DNA of 64,000 nucleotides from positions 310,001 to 374,000 of the forward strand of contig CP060765.1 in NCBI GenBank assembly GCA_023205875.1, given 5' to 3'. The notes beneath the pieces are model-generated. The model was not told the DNA's origin. It searched no databases and saw only the letters and a list, made by a program, of their open reading frames with translations. The position numbers were made by a program, and so were the translations under genes. Of this stretch, positions 1-10,300 are shown in pieces; position 1 is the first letter of the stretch; each line of letters begins with the position of its first letter. Source of the stretch: Chloropicon primus (taxonomy: Eukaryota).

Positions 1-2172
1 GGCGAGGGGAGCGGACCTTGGCGGAGGAGGGCGCGGATCCGGGTGAGGGCGAGGGCCCTGGGGGGGCTGAGGCTGTTCTCGGAGTGGTGGGAGGTGGGTT
101 TGAGGACGGAGGACAGGAGGGAGGACGCGAGGAGGGAGAGGGGGGAGACGGAGCCCAGCACCAGCGGATCTGAGAAGGAGAAGGCCGTCACCCTCCTGGA
201 GTTTGTGAGGATCATGTTCGACCTCCTAAAACCGTACAAGGCCATGTTCGCTTTTGGCCTGGTGACGCTGTTCCTGGCCGCCGGGGCGGAGCTCATGCTG
301 CCGCACTACACGGCTAAGACGATCTTCAGCATACAAAAGGGGAACACGGAGCTCTTCTACCACTGCATCAAGTGTCTTCTGGGTCTGTCCGTGGCCTTCA
401 GCGTCACTGCCAGCATGCGAGGGATGACTTTCGGCTTCCTGAACCAGAGGTTCGTGTACAAGCTGAGGACGAAGCTGTTCGAGAACCTCCTTAGGCAGGA
501 CATCACGTTCCACGACCAGTCGGACGTCGGCGTGCTCACGAGCAGGCTGACGTCGGACTGCAGCTCCATGTCCCGCATTTTGGGGATGAACATCAACCTG
601 CTCATTCGGAACGTCTTCAAAACGATTGGAGGGGCGGCTTACCTGTGGGTCATGAGCCCCAGGTTCTTCGCCCAGACCCTAGTGTCCCTGCTGGTGATCC
701 TGCTCATCAATGTCAAGTACGGGATCTACTCGAGGAAGGCGGCCACCACGGAACAGGAGCAGCTGGCACTGGGAAACCAGATAGCGACAGAGGTGCTCAC
801 GCTGATTCGGACGGTGAGAATTTTCGGCACCGAGCCCAGGGAGCAGAGCAAGTACGCGAGGTCCCTGGAGCATCTCATCAGGATTGGCGCGAGGCAGATC
901 GTGGCCTATGGAATGTTTCTCACCTCGGCCACGTTTTTGGTGAATGCCACGGAGGCTCTGTGCTTGCTCTACGGGGGGTGGTGCTGCTTGAGGGGAGAGA
1001 TCACCGCGGAGCAGCTGACGAGCTTCCTGTTCTACATTGAATTCGTGGTGCAGTCGGCCTTGGCGTCGTCCGAGCAGGTGGCCAACATCAACACGGCCGT
1101 GGGGTCGAGTGAGAGGGTGCTGACCTTGTTGAGGAGGAAACCAGATCAGCATCTCGCCGCGGGTGAAGAGGTAGAGGAGGAGGACCGGGGCTCAAAGCAA
1201 GAGATGCGCCGCCTGGAGGACTTCAAAGGGAATTTGGAGTTCAAGGACGTGAGCTTCACTTATCCCAACCTGAATCTGGGTGGTGCGGGGGGCCTCGGCG
1301 CGCAACAGGAGGTTGAGAAGGAGGAAGAGCCAAAGATGACTTTGAGAAAGATTAACTTGTCCCTCAAGCCGGGAACTGTCACTGCCCTGGTGGGCCCGTC
1401 TGGAGGGGGGAAGTCCACGCTGGTGGCGTTGCTCCAGTCCCTGTACCAGCCAACCTCTGGCCAGATCCTCGCAGACGGTGTTCCGATTGAAACCATTGAC
1501 CCCGAGTGGTACCGCTCTCAAATCGGTTACGTGGAACAGGAGCCAAAGCTCTTTGATCTGCCGATCGGGGAGAACGTGGAGTACGGAGCGAGGGAGTGGA
1601 CGGAGGGGGAGATTGTGCCGATTGACAAGGTCGCGGTAGAGAACGCGGCGAGGGAGGCCAATGCCCTGGAATTCATAGAGGATCTTCCGGAATACCTTGA
1701 CACTTGGGTCGGCAACTCGACGCTTAGCGGGGGTCAGAGGCAGAGGATCGCACTGGCGAGGGCCTTGATTCGTTCGCCGAAGATTCTCATCCTCGATGAG
1801 GCGACATCGGCCCTGGACGCCGAGAGCGAGTTCCAAGTCCAGAGGGCCCTGAACAAGGTCTTCAACCAGAAGGACAAGAGCGTCTTGGTCATCGCTCACA
1901 AGCTGTCCACGGTGACCAGCGCCGACAACATCCTGGTCCTCAAGGACGGCGAGGTCGTCGAGCAGGGAACTCACTTGGAGCTCACGGCCGCGGACGGGGT
2001 GTACGCCAAGCTTGCGTCGAGGCAGGGCGTGGTGGACTTGGCGCCCCACTGTGAGCCACCCACAGAGAAGATGAAGCAGGAGCAAAAGGAAAAGGAGAGG
2101 AGGGAGAGGGAAGAGGAGATGGCCGAAGAGATTAAGGAATCCCTTGATGAGTCGGTAGACCAGCCCGTGTAG
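1..2172 (+). CDS. ABCB-family half transporter (TAP-like), probably 5'-truncated at the window edge
   Basis: TM domain followed by an NBD with Walker A GPSGGGKST, Q-loop VEQEP, signature LSGGQRQRIALARAL, Walker B ILILDE and H-loop IAH. The frame is open from position 1, so the true start is not defined. Confidence 0.9.
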   Translation, partial: GEGSGPWRRRARIRVRARALGGLRLFSEWWEVGLRTEDRREDARRERGETEPSTSGSEKEKAVTLLEFVRIMFDLLKPYKAMFAFGLVTLFLAAGAELMLPHYTAKTIFSIQKGNTELFYHCIKCLLGLSVAFSVTASMRGMTFGFLNQRFVYKLRTKLFENLLRQDITFHDQSDVGVLTSRLTSDCSSMSRILGMNINLLIRNVFKTIGGAAYLWVMSPRFFAQTLVSLLVILLINVKYGIYSRKAATTEQEQLALGNQIATEVLTLIRTVRIFGTEPREQSKYARSLEHLIRIGARQIVAYGMFLTSATFLVNATEALCLLYGGWCCLRGEITAEQLTSFLFYIEFVVQSALASSEQVANINTAVGSSERVLTLLRRKPDQHLAAGEEVEEEDRGSKQEMRRLEDFKGNLEFKDVSFTYPNLNLGGAGGLGAQQEVEKEEEPKMTLRKINLSLKPGTVTALVGPSGGGKSTLVALLQSLYQPTSGQILADGVPIETIDPEWYRSQIGYVEQEPKLFDLPIGENVEYGAREWTEGEIVPIDKVAVENAAREANALEFIEDLPEYLDTWVGNSTLSGGQRQRIALARALIRSPKILILDEATSALDAESEFQVQRALNKVFNQKDKSVLVIAHKLSTVTSADNILVLKDGEVVEQGTHLELTAADGVYAKLASRQGVVDLAPHCEPPTEKMKQEQKEKERREREEEMAEEIKESLDESVDQPV

Positions 2173-2222
2173 ACGGCGAGAGCGGGCGGCAGGGGGGTAT
2201 GGTGAACGTGCACGTGAATCAC

Positions 2223-3443
2223 TTAATCCTGTATTATACAATCAACGAGGTATGGCGACTTGAAATCCGTTTTGTCGCCCTTGCCCTTTCCCGGGCAAGG
2301 CAAAAGCCGGCAGGAGAGAGGTTTGTCCCACTTGATCGCCAGGCTGACAACGTCCATAAGGATCCCCGCAATCTTCTCCTTGGTAGCGTCGCCTGAGATT
2401 GGAACGGTGTCGAGTCCGACCCCGCAGACGGAGCTGTAGCTCAGGAAATCGCTCAGGGTCACCTTTTCATTGGAGTAGGCTTTCGCGAGCCCCTCGTCCT
2501 CGCAGACGGGGAGCATCAACCCGGAGTACCCACACCCCCTTCGCACTGCCTTCAAGCCTTTCGTGATCATCGAAGCGACAGCAAGAGTCCCGGGTCCGCC
2601 GAAGTTGCCAGGACCCACAATCAGTTCGAACGCTTCCACGATGCTCTTGTGGTCGAGGCCAGGGGCGACAGATGCGTCGACGCCCAGGAAGGCCAAGGCT
2701 GAGAATTCTTCCGCCAAGTCATCCCCCACTCGGACTAGCGGCGACACCTTCTCCTCAAAGGCGACTCTCACGAGCTCGGGGACGTCTTCGAGGTTGAGCC
2801 CATCGCCTCCGCCCTTGATGGACTGCCACAGAAGCCCTGAATTCTCACAGCCGATCGCCAAGGCTAAGCCTTGCTTGCCATTCCAGTACGCTGCAGGAAA
2901 ATAGGGGATCGAACCAGGGCACCTCGAGCATACCGTAAACTTGAAGCACGGACTCGTTGCTTCACTCTCGCAGGCGGCAGAAACTCGCCTGATCAGCGCA
3001 GCTGCGGCACTGCACTGCCCTTGGAGTCCCTCGCACTTGTCGATGTGCACATTGCAAAACAGATTCGTGTTCAGCAAAATCTCTTCCACACAGCAAGCAG
3101 CCTCGGCATTCTCGTGAAGGACTCCGCCATCGACTCCGCCTAGACTGACGAAGGTGATCCCGTGCCGAAGTGCGATGGCCTCGATCCGCTTGGCTGCCGC
3201 GATCGCACTCGTAACGGAGGATAGGTCCAAGAATTCCATCATGTTCTGCGTCGCAAGGCGAATGGTTTGAACCTCGTAACCAATCCCCTCCAACAAAAGT
3301 TTTGCCTTGTCGAGTACTTGACCTGCTTCGCCAATGACGCGTTCCCATGCCTCCTCCGGTAACCTTGGCAAGCCCCTCGCATCTTCCAGCCTCGCGAAGC
3401 ACGTCACGGTACGCACTCGAAACTCCGCCATCGCCATCGCCAT
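2223..3443 (-). CDS. DUF711/UPF0210 family protein
   Basis: Motifs FRVRTVT, GYEVQTIRLAT, GVDASVAPG, GPGTL, CGYSGLMLPVCED, SSVCGVGLDTVP and KPLSCRLLP match DUF711. Likely start MAMAMAEF at 3443. Confidence 0.8.
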   Translation of the reverse strand: MAMAMAEFRVRTVTCFARLEDARGLPRLPEEAWERVIGEAGQVLDKAKLLLEGIGYEVQTIRLATQNMMEFLDLSSVTSAIAAAKRIEAIALRHGITFVSLGGVDGGVLHENAEAACCVEEILLNTNLFCNVHIDKCEGLQGQCSAAAALIRRVSAACESEATSPCFKFTVCSRCPGSIPYFPAAYWNGKQGLALAIGCENSGLLWQSIKGGGDGLNLEDVPELVRVAFEEKVSPLVRVGDDLAEEFSALAFLGVDASVAPGLDHKSIVEAFELIVGPGNFGGPGTLAVASMITKGLKAVRRGCGYSGLMLPVCEDEGLAKAYSNEKVTLSDFLSYSSVCGVGLDTVPISGDATKEKIAGILMDVVSLAIKWDKPLSCRLLPCPGKGKGDKTDFKSPYLVDCIIQD

Positions 3444-3568
3444 TGTCTCCCGCCATCTGGCGAACCCCGAGCCCCGCCCTCGTCGTCGTGGAGGGGAGGG
3501 AGAGGGAGAGGAAAGAGGGGAGGACCATTGAGTGAAGGACAACAACAGAGGGATTGAACGAAACCTGT

Positions 3569-3617
3569 TGTCGAGAGCTTTCTGACGATACCTTACTCGA
3601 CCCATTTGGTGCTCGGA
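3569..3617 (-). promoter_or_regulatory. Bipartite upstream element, copy
   Basis: Minus strand reads TCCGAGCACCAAA-N22-GAAAGCTCTCGACA, in the DUF711/FAM91 divergent spacer. Confidence 0.55.
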
Positions 3618-3746
3618 GTGATCGACAGGAACGACTTTTCTTCCGGAAAGGGAAGTAGAAAGTATCCGAGTGGGCCACCTTGTCGAGGGCGGTGACAGCG
3701 AGAGAGGAGAGGAGAGGAGAGGAGAGTGACGCGACTCGAACGTAGA

Positions 3747-3795
3747 CCTCGCGATCTTTCCATCGTTAGCTCGCACGACCCATTTGGTGATCGGA
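3747..3795 (-). promoter_or_regulatory. Bipartite upstream element, copy
   Basis: Minus strand reads TCCGATCACCAAA-N22-GAAAGATCGCGAGG. It lies 178 nt from the previous copy; its GAAAG box is 70 nt upstream of the FAM91 ATG. Confidence 0.55.
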
Positions 3796-3830
3796 GTGCA
3801 CGACAGGATCGAGGAGAGTTGGTGTAGAGG

Positions 3831-6272
3831 ATGGCGGACGAGAGCATAGTGCGTGCGGTGACTTCGGGCAAGCTCTACGGTGACTTGCCCCCTCGGGCGA
3901 GGGATCTGATCAGTCGAAGCGCTTGGAACAAGAAAGTGTCAGATGCTTGTGCGAAGCGTAGGCTCCGTTGGGACGGCCTCCCTGGCCTGAAAGAGGCGTG
4001 CCCAAGGGAGTCTGAGTATTACCTTGAGGTGATACGGATCAGCACGCAGAGGCAGCAGGTGTTTCCCTACCACCTTGCGGACTTCCTGAGCGTAACGCCT
4101 TTTGTGTATTACGTGCGAGTCTTGAAAGAGGTTCTGAAGAAGGATCAGTCTTACTCGCAGGTGCCGAACTTCACGGCCGCGGATATGGTGAGGGTCACCG
4201 GAGTAGGGAGGGACCAGTATGTCCCTCTTCTCCAGGCGTGCAAGGCGAAGAGGCTGCTGTGGAAGGTGAACAGGGAATCCGCGATAAGAGACCAGCTCCC
4301 GACAGAACCCATGGACTTGATGGCGGAACCTTGGTGGACGTTGAGACCCGTCGGACCGGTGAGCGGCTCCCAAGGCGGACCCGCATCGAGCTCCCAGGAG
4401 GGCGACCTGTCTGAGGGGGAGAAGGGTTTCCTGCAGAAAGTGAGCGAGAGCCCTCAAACGATTGACTCGCTGAGCTCCGCGGAGCAAAAGGCTTGGAAGG
4501 CGCTGTACAAGAAGAGTCTTGTGAGGGTGGATGTCCCCATAGGAGAGGACGACTGCATCGCCGTACCGCCTTTGGAGGGCTTCGTTTCGAACAAGGATGG
4601 GACCGGCGAGGACGGAGACCCCGTGGAGAAGCTCTTGTACGGCATGTTCTTCGCTGCGAGCGCAAGGACTACGATCAGAGAACTCGCGCACGTGCTTGAT
4701 GCGCCAATCTCTGAGGTCAGGGAGGCGGCGTCCGTGGCGTGCAGGCTTGGATTCGCGAGGAGGACGACCCAGGAGAGGAGGGTTTCGATCTCACAAATGA
4801 TCCAGAGCCCAGATGCTCCTGGCTTTGTCACGTCCCCCTCGACCTCGGAGCAAATGGCCGATGGCTTTGGGGGCGAAGCCTCGGCATTGTCAGAAAGGAG
4901 CGATGCCGCAGAAGAATCGAACAGGCCAAGAGGAATCGCGTTTGTCGTGGACACGGAAGTCACCGCGACGCTCATGATGGGGTCCCTCCTGAAGGACCAG
5001 AGGCATGCGGTGACGCTGTTTGAGGCCGGAAAGCTGTCGGGGAGGCTGGCGGTGAGGGAGCTTCTGGATGAGCTTTCCCGCGTTCCAAGCACCGGGGAGG
5101 GAGAAATACAATTCTTGGTCGATCAGATCAAGTCTCTAGAGTTCGTGCTCAAAGTGATATCGACGGTCGATTCGAGGGAAACTGAGGTGGTCTCTGGCAG
5201 CAAGCCCGAGATTGACATTCTGAGGTACGAAGTGCTCGCTGATCTGCCAGCGTCCACGCTCAAAAGGATGTTGTCCCAGCACTACTTCTTGGTGGTTTTC
5301 ATGGCCAAGACTCCGCTTCCTCTTCTCAAGGTCCCAGTATCTGCAGAGGGCCCGGTACTGCACGGGTTTCCGAGTGAGATGGCAGCGATGCCATGGATGC
5401 AGCTCTTGATGTACGACAAACTCCAGTCTGGACCCGTGTCCATCGCATTCCCAAAGGGGGTGCAGCTGAAGAGTCTCCCAAGGAAATTCTCTGGCGCAGA
5501 ACAGCTTCTCGTGGAATTCTGGATGGAAGAAGGCGAGAGGCTGCAAGCGGAACGCCTGATATTGCGAGCATCGACTGCGTTGGGCGTCATCAACCACGCC
5601 CTCCTTCGCTCGGCCATTTTAGTCCAGATGATTGGCAAAGATTCCATCGGGGCGGGCAAGGGGGAGCTTGTGACTGCAGAGGTGGCACTGCCCCTGCGTG
5701 GGCAGAAAGAGCCGGTAACCCTTGGCCCAGAATCGGAGAGCTTGAACGATCTGCGCGACCACAAGGACGTGAGGAAGCTCTCCAGTCTGTACGACTTCGA
5801 GAATGCTATCGGCTACCTCACCCTTCTGAGAGTTGGAACGAGCCCCAGTGACGGCCAAGGAGTCTTCGAAGCGGACTGGAAGGTCAAGGGCATCGAGTTC
5901 GGGATTCCTCTGCACTCCCTGGAACTTTGCGAGCAAGTTTGCAGCCGTTGCACGGATTCTGGCGCTCTAGCAGAAGAGAATTTGACAAGTTTCAAGCAGG
6001 CAATGCTTCGATTGAAGGGGGACCTTGAGAGTTTGGCGCAAAGATTTTGCTCGCAGTCGACCCCGGACTGCGCAGAAGAGAGCTACCTTCCCAGCGTCCC
6101 GGTGCTGTTTGACGGGGCGTCTTTGTCGAGCTGGACGGATGCGGTTGAAGGTGGAGACCAAGACGCTCCCCCCGAGGGATCGCCTCTCCGAGGACCTCTG
6201 ACAGACGCCCCTGCACCACCTGCACCGGCTCCTGCTCCGGCGACACCCCCACTCATTGACTTGCTGCTGTAA
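3831..6272 (+). CDS. FAM91A1: FAM91A1-like protein
   Basis: N-terminal FPYHLADF..TPFVYY..SYSQVPNFTAAD..TGVGRDQY; later VPPLEGFVSN, SVACRLGFA and HAVTLFEAGKL are FAM91 motifs. Confidence 0.88.
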   Translation: MADESIVRAVTSGKLYGDLPPRARDLISRSAWNKKVSDACAKRRLRWDGLPGLKEACPRESEYYLEVIRISTQRQQVFPYHLADFLSVTPFVYYVRVLKEVLKKDQSYSQVPNFTAADMVRVTGVGRDQYVPLLQACKAKRLLWKVNRESAIRDQLPTEPMDLMAEPWWTLRPVGPVSGSQGGPASSSQEGDLSEGEKGFLQKVSESPQTIDSLSSAEQKAWKALYKKSLVRVDVPIGEDDCIAVPPLEGFVSNKDGTGEDGDPVEKLLYGMFFAASARTTIRELAHVLDAPISEVREAASVACRLGFARRTTQERRVSISQMIQSPDAPGFVTSPSTSEQMADGFGGEASALSERSDAAEESNRPRGIAFVVDTEVTATLMMGSLLKDQRHAVTLFEAGKLSGRLAVRELLDELSRVPSTGEGEIQFLVDQIKSLEFVLKVISTVDSRETEVVSGSKPEIDILRYEVLADLPASTLKRMLSQHYFLVVFMAKTPLPLLKVPVSAEGPVLHGFPSEMAAMPWMQLLMYDKLQSGPVSIAFPKGVQLKSLPRKFSGAEQLLVEFWMEEGERLQAERLILRASTALGVINHALLRSAILVQMIGKDSIGAGKGELVTAEVALPLRGQKEPVTLGPESESLNDLRDHKDVRKLSSLYDFENAIGYLTLLRVGTSPSDGQGVFEADWKVKGIEFGIPLHSLELCEQVCSRCTDSGALAEENLTSFKQAMLRLKGDLESLAQRFCSQSTPDCAEESYLPSVPVLFDGASLSSWTDAVEGGDQDAPPEGSPLRGPLTDAPAPPAPAPAPATPPLIDLLL

Positions 6273-6395
6273 AACGATATAACTACATTAATGTACAATC
6301 ACTATTGAAACACACGCGCGCGCGCGCGAGCAGGGAGAATGAGAAAGCACCAGACCAGAACTCGCTGCTCATTGCGCCGAAAGCCTCCGAAGCCA

Positions 6396-6962
6396 TCAAA
6401 AAGCTTGCTTGGCTTTCGCCTGGGCAAAAAGCTTCTTCTGCAGCTCCAACATTTGCTCTTCGGTCATCCCGTCATCATCTTTCTTCTTCCTTTTCCTGGC
6501 TGTGAGCACATCCCCGTGGTTCTTCTCCAGCTCTCTCGCGATCTCGCCAAAGCCCTTGGCCTCGAGGCCGGCCACGACATGCTCCGGACTCAACACTTTC
6601 TTCTTCTTCTTATCATTCTCCAGAGCAACCACCGAGCCCTCTGAGATCACACCGATAAAAGCTTTGGCGCGCCAGAGACGGAGCAGCGAACGCAGAAAGC
6701 GAAGATAATGGCGCCGCGTCGTGCCACGTCGTGTCAGCTACCCTCCACACTTCCATCCAGAGCCACTCGCTCGACGAAGAACAACAAAGAACCAACATCA
6801 TCTTATTCTCTTACCTTTTATGGCTTCGTTCAAGGCATCGACGGCGTCCTGAGAGAGCCAGTGCTCGACTTTGGTGTCCGCCGTCTTGAGCATTTTGCGA
6901 AGGTCTCCCGAGAAGTCCACAAAGTCCGCCCCGTCACCGAACGAGGCCTCGTACTCGTCCAT
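6396..6962 (-). CDS. Negative cofactor 2 beta / Dr1-like histone-fold protein (2 exons: 6962-6815, 6661-6396)
   Basis: GT-AG intron 6814-6662 with a CTGAC branch site joins ...LNEAIK-A-FIGVISE... ; ISE...KKVLSPEHVVAGLE..GF and C-terminal GMTEEQMLELQKKLFAQAK resemble Dr1/NC2-beta. Confidence 0.75.
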
Positions 6963-7386
6963 GACGCTGAACTTGCTTTCTGCCTCTGGCTCGCCTCCTC
7001 GAGGAACCCAAAAGTGAAGAGCCAAAGGCTCTGCAGTCCAACAGCCGAAGTTGGTGGTGAGTGAAGAGGTGATGGGGATGGGTGATGGGGATGATGGTTC
7101 CCATCGGGCAGGAAGAGGAAAGGGTTGCTTGATGGCAACCAGCCTCAAGCCCTGGCAAAACGCTTCGTGCACGATCAACAATCGCAGATTGCTTGAGGCA
7201 CAAACACGAACACGAGGAGAGGAGGGAGGAGGGCAGATGATTGTCCTGCAGACAGGCGCCTTTGGATAATGAATGAGATCAAGGCAAGCAAGAGGTGGAG
7301 AGCAAAGAGGAGTTATATATTTCATTGGTGCGAATTCTGCTTTGCAGCTCCACAAGCTCTGGCACGGCACGGTATGATGCGGTATT

Positions 7387-10300
7387 CTACGTCACCGGAC
7401 TGAGGAGGTTGCGAAGGCAACCGCAAAGCCAGTTCGGGAGCTCGTTGGCCAGCTCAAAGACTCGAGGCGCAGCATACCTCGGGTGAAGATCTTTCTGCAT
7501 TAGGTAAATGTTCTTTGCCGCTTTGCCTGAACTCCAATAGGAAGAGGTGAGAAGAAAGTAAGCCCTGGGAATGATGTCCTTCCTCTTCTCGTCCGCCATC
7601 AGCTCTATCATGCGGCTCTCCACAGCTTTAAGACCCAAATCCTTCGTCTCCTCGTAATGGCGAAGAATGGAAGACAAGAGCAAAACGTCTTCGGAAGCAT
7701 CCTCGGCCCCCTCACCGACCTCTGCAAACTTGACCCTCTTCCTCGGAGGGGGGTCCTGCCTCGGCGGAGGATCGCCCGCCTCGGATACCTTCCCGCGGCT
7801 AAGACCGTTAGGGGCTGAAACCAAAACCTCTTTGGCGAGGTCCACCACTCCACGAGAGGAGGAAGCCGGAGTCGATCCACGCAAGGTCTCTGGCGGCATC
7901 GAACCTGTGCTGGTGATACCCTGATGCGGCGGATCGTCTGCCATTTCACTATCTCGTGCTCCCGCGACCCCCGAAACCCCCTTCAAGCCCTTCAAAAGAA
8001 TCTTGCTTTTCCTCAACTCCTCGTCAGATGCCTCTCCATCCTCGTCCTCGACGCTGAGGGAAGCCGGCCCCCTGCTGAGGTCGGCTTCCTCGGTGGTGCC
8101 AGACATCGCCAGAGTCTCTACCAGGACCTCCCGCTTTTGACCCATTCTGTGAGCCCTGCTGACAACCTGCTCCTCCAGCCCCTCTCCCCAGATTGGCTCC
8201 AGTATGATGACGTGAGAACAAAAGCTGAGATCGAGCCCATGGGAGCAGACCCCGTCCATCAGCAGAACACGGCACTCGGCGTCGTTCTGAAACTTATTTA
8301 TGGCCTCGGCCCTGATGGATCTCATCTTCTTTCCCATCAACACCGCCGAGGACGAGTAGAGGCCAACGCTCTCTTGCGGCATGCAATCCTCGATCATTCT
8401 CAGATGCTCTTGAAACTGAGAGAAGACAATGGCTTTCTTCACGGACCGGAGCCTTTGAAGAATGTAGCGGCTTTTTGCCGTGCCAGTCTTTATCCAGTTG
8501 GGGGCAAAAACATCTCCGCTCCCCCTATCCCCCTGACTGTAGCTCGGCTGCAGCTCAATCAGCTCGACGGGCACCTTCTTACATGTGGAGTACTGTCCGG
8601 GCTCCATAAGGTACTTCTTGCCGCAGAGTGAGCACGCATCTGACCTCAACCCAGCACAGTCGATGCAGAGAATGTGAGCACACCTAGGGGTAACAATGGG
8701 TACCCTGCAATACTGCTGGCATTTCTCGCAGTGGGCCCCGTACCTGACGGCCCCTTCAATCCAAGCAAGCTTGCTTGGATCGATGTCCGGCCTCATCTGA
8801 GTGATAATCATCATTGTCTCCCTCACGTCCTCCTCATAGACATCCATCATCATGTGGCCGGAAAGATTGCAGGACAACCTGATGTTCCTCACCACCGTCA
8901 TCATTTCCCTCAACTTGGAGGAGTGCATCAGGGACTCCACGTGAGCCTCGTCCCACCAGTCCGCCAGCAGCAGGTTCCTTTGGACGATCGCCACGAACTC
9001 GTTGTAATTCTTGGCGTGAAATTCATCGAATTCCAGGCTGCGCATCTCCCTGTGGCACTTTGGAATGGACTCCAGGTCTGACTTTTGCGCGTGGATCATC
9101 AACCTCGAAAGCAGCTGGAACAGAGACCTGGCTCCCTCCACGTTGCCAGCCTCCAGGGGCTTCTGAATGCAGGGCTGCCACATGGTGGTCTGCAGGCCAT
9201 ATTGAGGCTCGTGGAGGAACCTCAGCAGGGGAAGGAGGTGGGCAGCGCCGTGGGCCAGCGTGTCCGGCGTTGGCGTCCCCGTCATGATCCATCTCCTTTC
9301 CGCCATGATGTGGCAGGCCATCTGCAGCTTGTTTGTGATCCCAAGGCTGCTGCCGAGGGAATGGCCCTCATCCAGAATGATTCTGAGCCAGTGGATCTTC
9401 ATCAAACTCGAATTCTCCCTTCGGAAGGACCATTCCGTGCTGAAGATGCTAAATGTCGTGAGGACCACGTCGTAATTCCAAGCAAGGTCGTGGGGCGGCA
9501 GCTCCTTTTCCCTTTCGTCGTAAGTGTAGACACGGACGAGCCCGTCTTCGCAGCACTTCTCAAATTGAGCCCTCCACTGGGGGACAAGGTGAGGAGGCAC
9601 AACAACCAGAGTGGCCGAGGACAGGAAAATCTGCTCGACTTGTACCTTGAACTGCATGAGATCGCTGATAGCCAAGCTGAGCGCCAGGTGGTCAAAGCCA
9701 AATTGGCCGCCGATCCAGAGGGGTTGAATCCAACTGTGCGGGGTGTCACTTCTCAACCTAACCAACCCGAGCTTCTCAAAGTATGTGCCGTAGTCTTCTG
9801 GCTCCCGCCTTCCCGAAGGCACATGAAGACCCGTTCCAGATAGCAGCTGCTTTTGACAGCTGTCGTGGGTGGCAAGGAAGTTGACTGCCGACGCCACGTT
9901 GCTCCAGAGGTCCTTCCTGATCTTGAGAACAGAAATGAAGAACTGCACGTTCTCTTCCTCGAATTTCATGGCTTTCTCTCTGCTCCTCCCTTTCGATTCT
10001 TCACGCAGGATGTACCCCAGCGATTTGATGGCAACACTGTCCGAGGCTCCGCTCGCCTTGTCTTCGGGAACGGAGCACCCATTCTTTTGCAGCTCCGGAT
10101 CGCTGGACATTTTGCAGAACCACTTTGAATCCGTGGCAAGATTCATGGACTGATTCACCACCCTCCACTTCTTGCAAGCGTCGCATTGCACCCAGTTGAT
10201 CGGTTGATCGGTTGCCCTTCCCTGATGCGACGTCGCCGCCGCCCCGCCGTTTGACTCGCCGCGCTGCGTTGGTGTACTCGTGGAAACGGCCGCACTGCTG

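Noticed and set aside
3593..3825. Repeat-spacer-repeat pattern as a possible CRISPR array or snRNA pair
   Set aside because: Only two degenerate copies, eukaryotic context, no cas genes and no convincing RNA structure; better explained by the bipartite upstream element.
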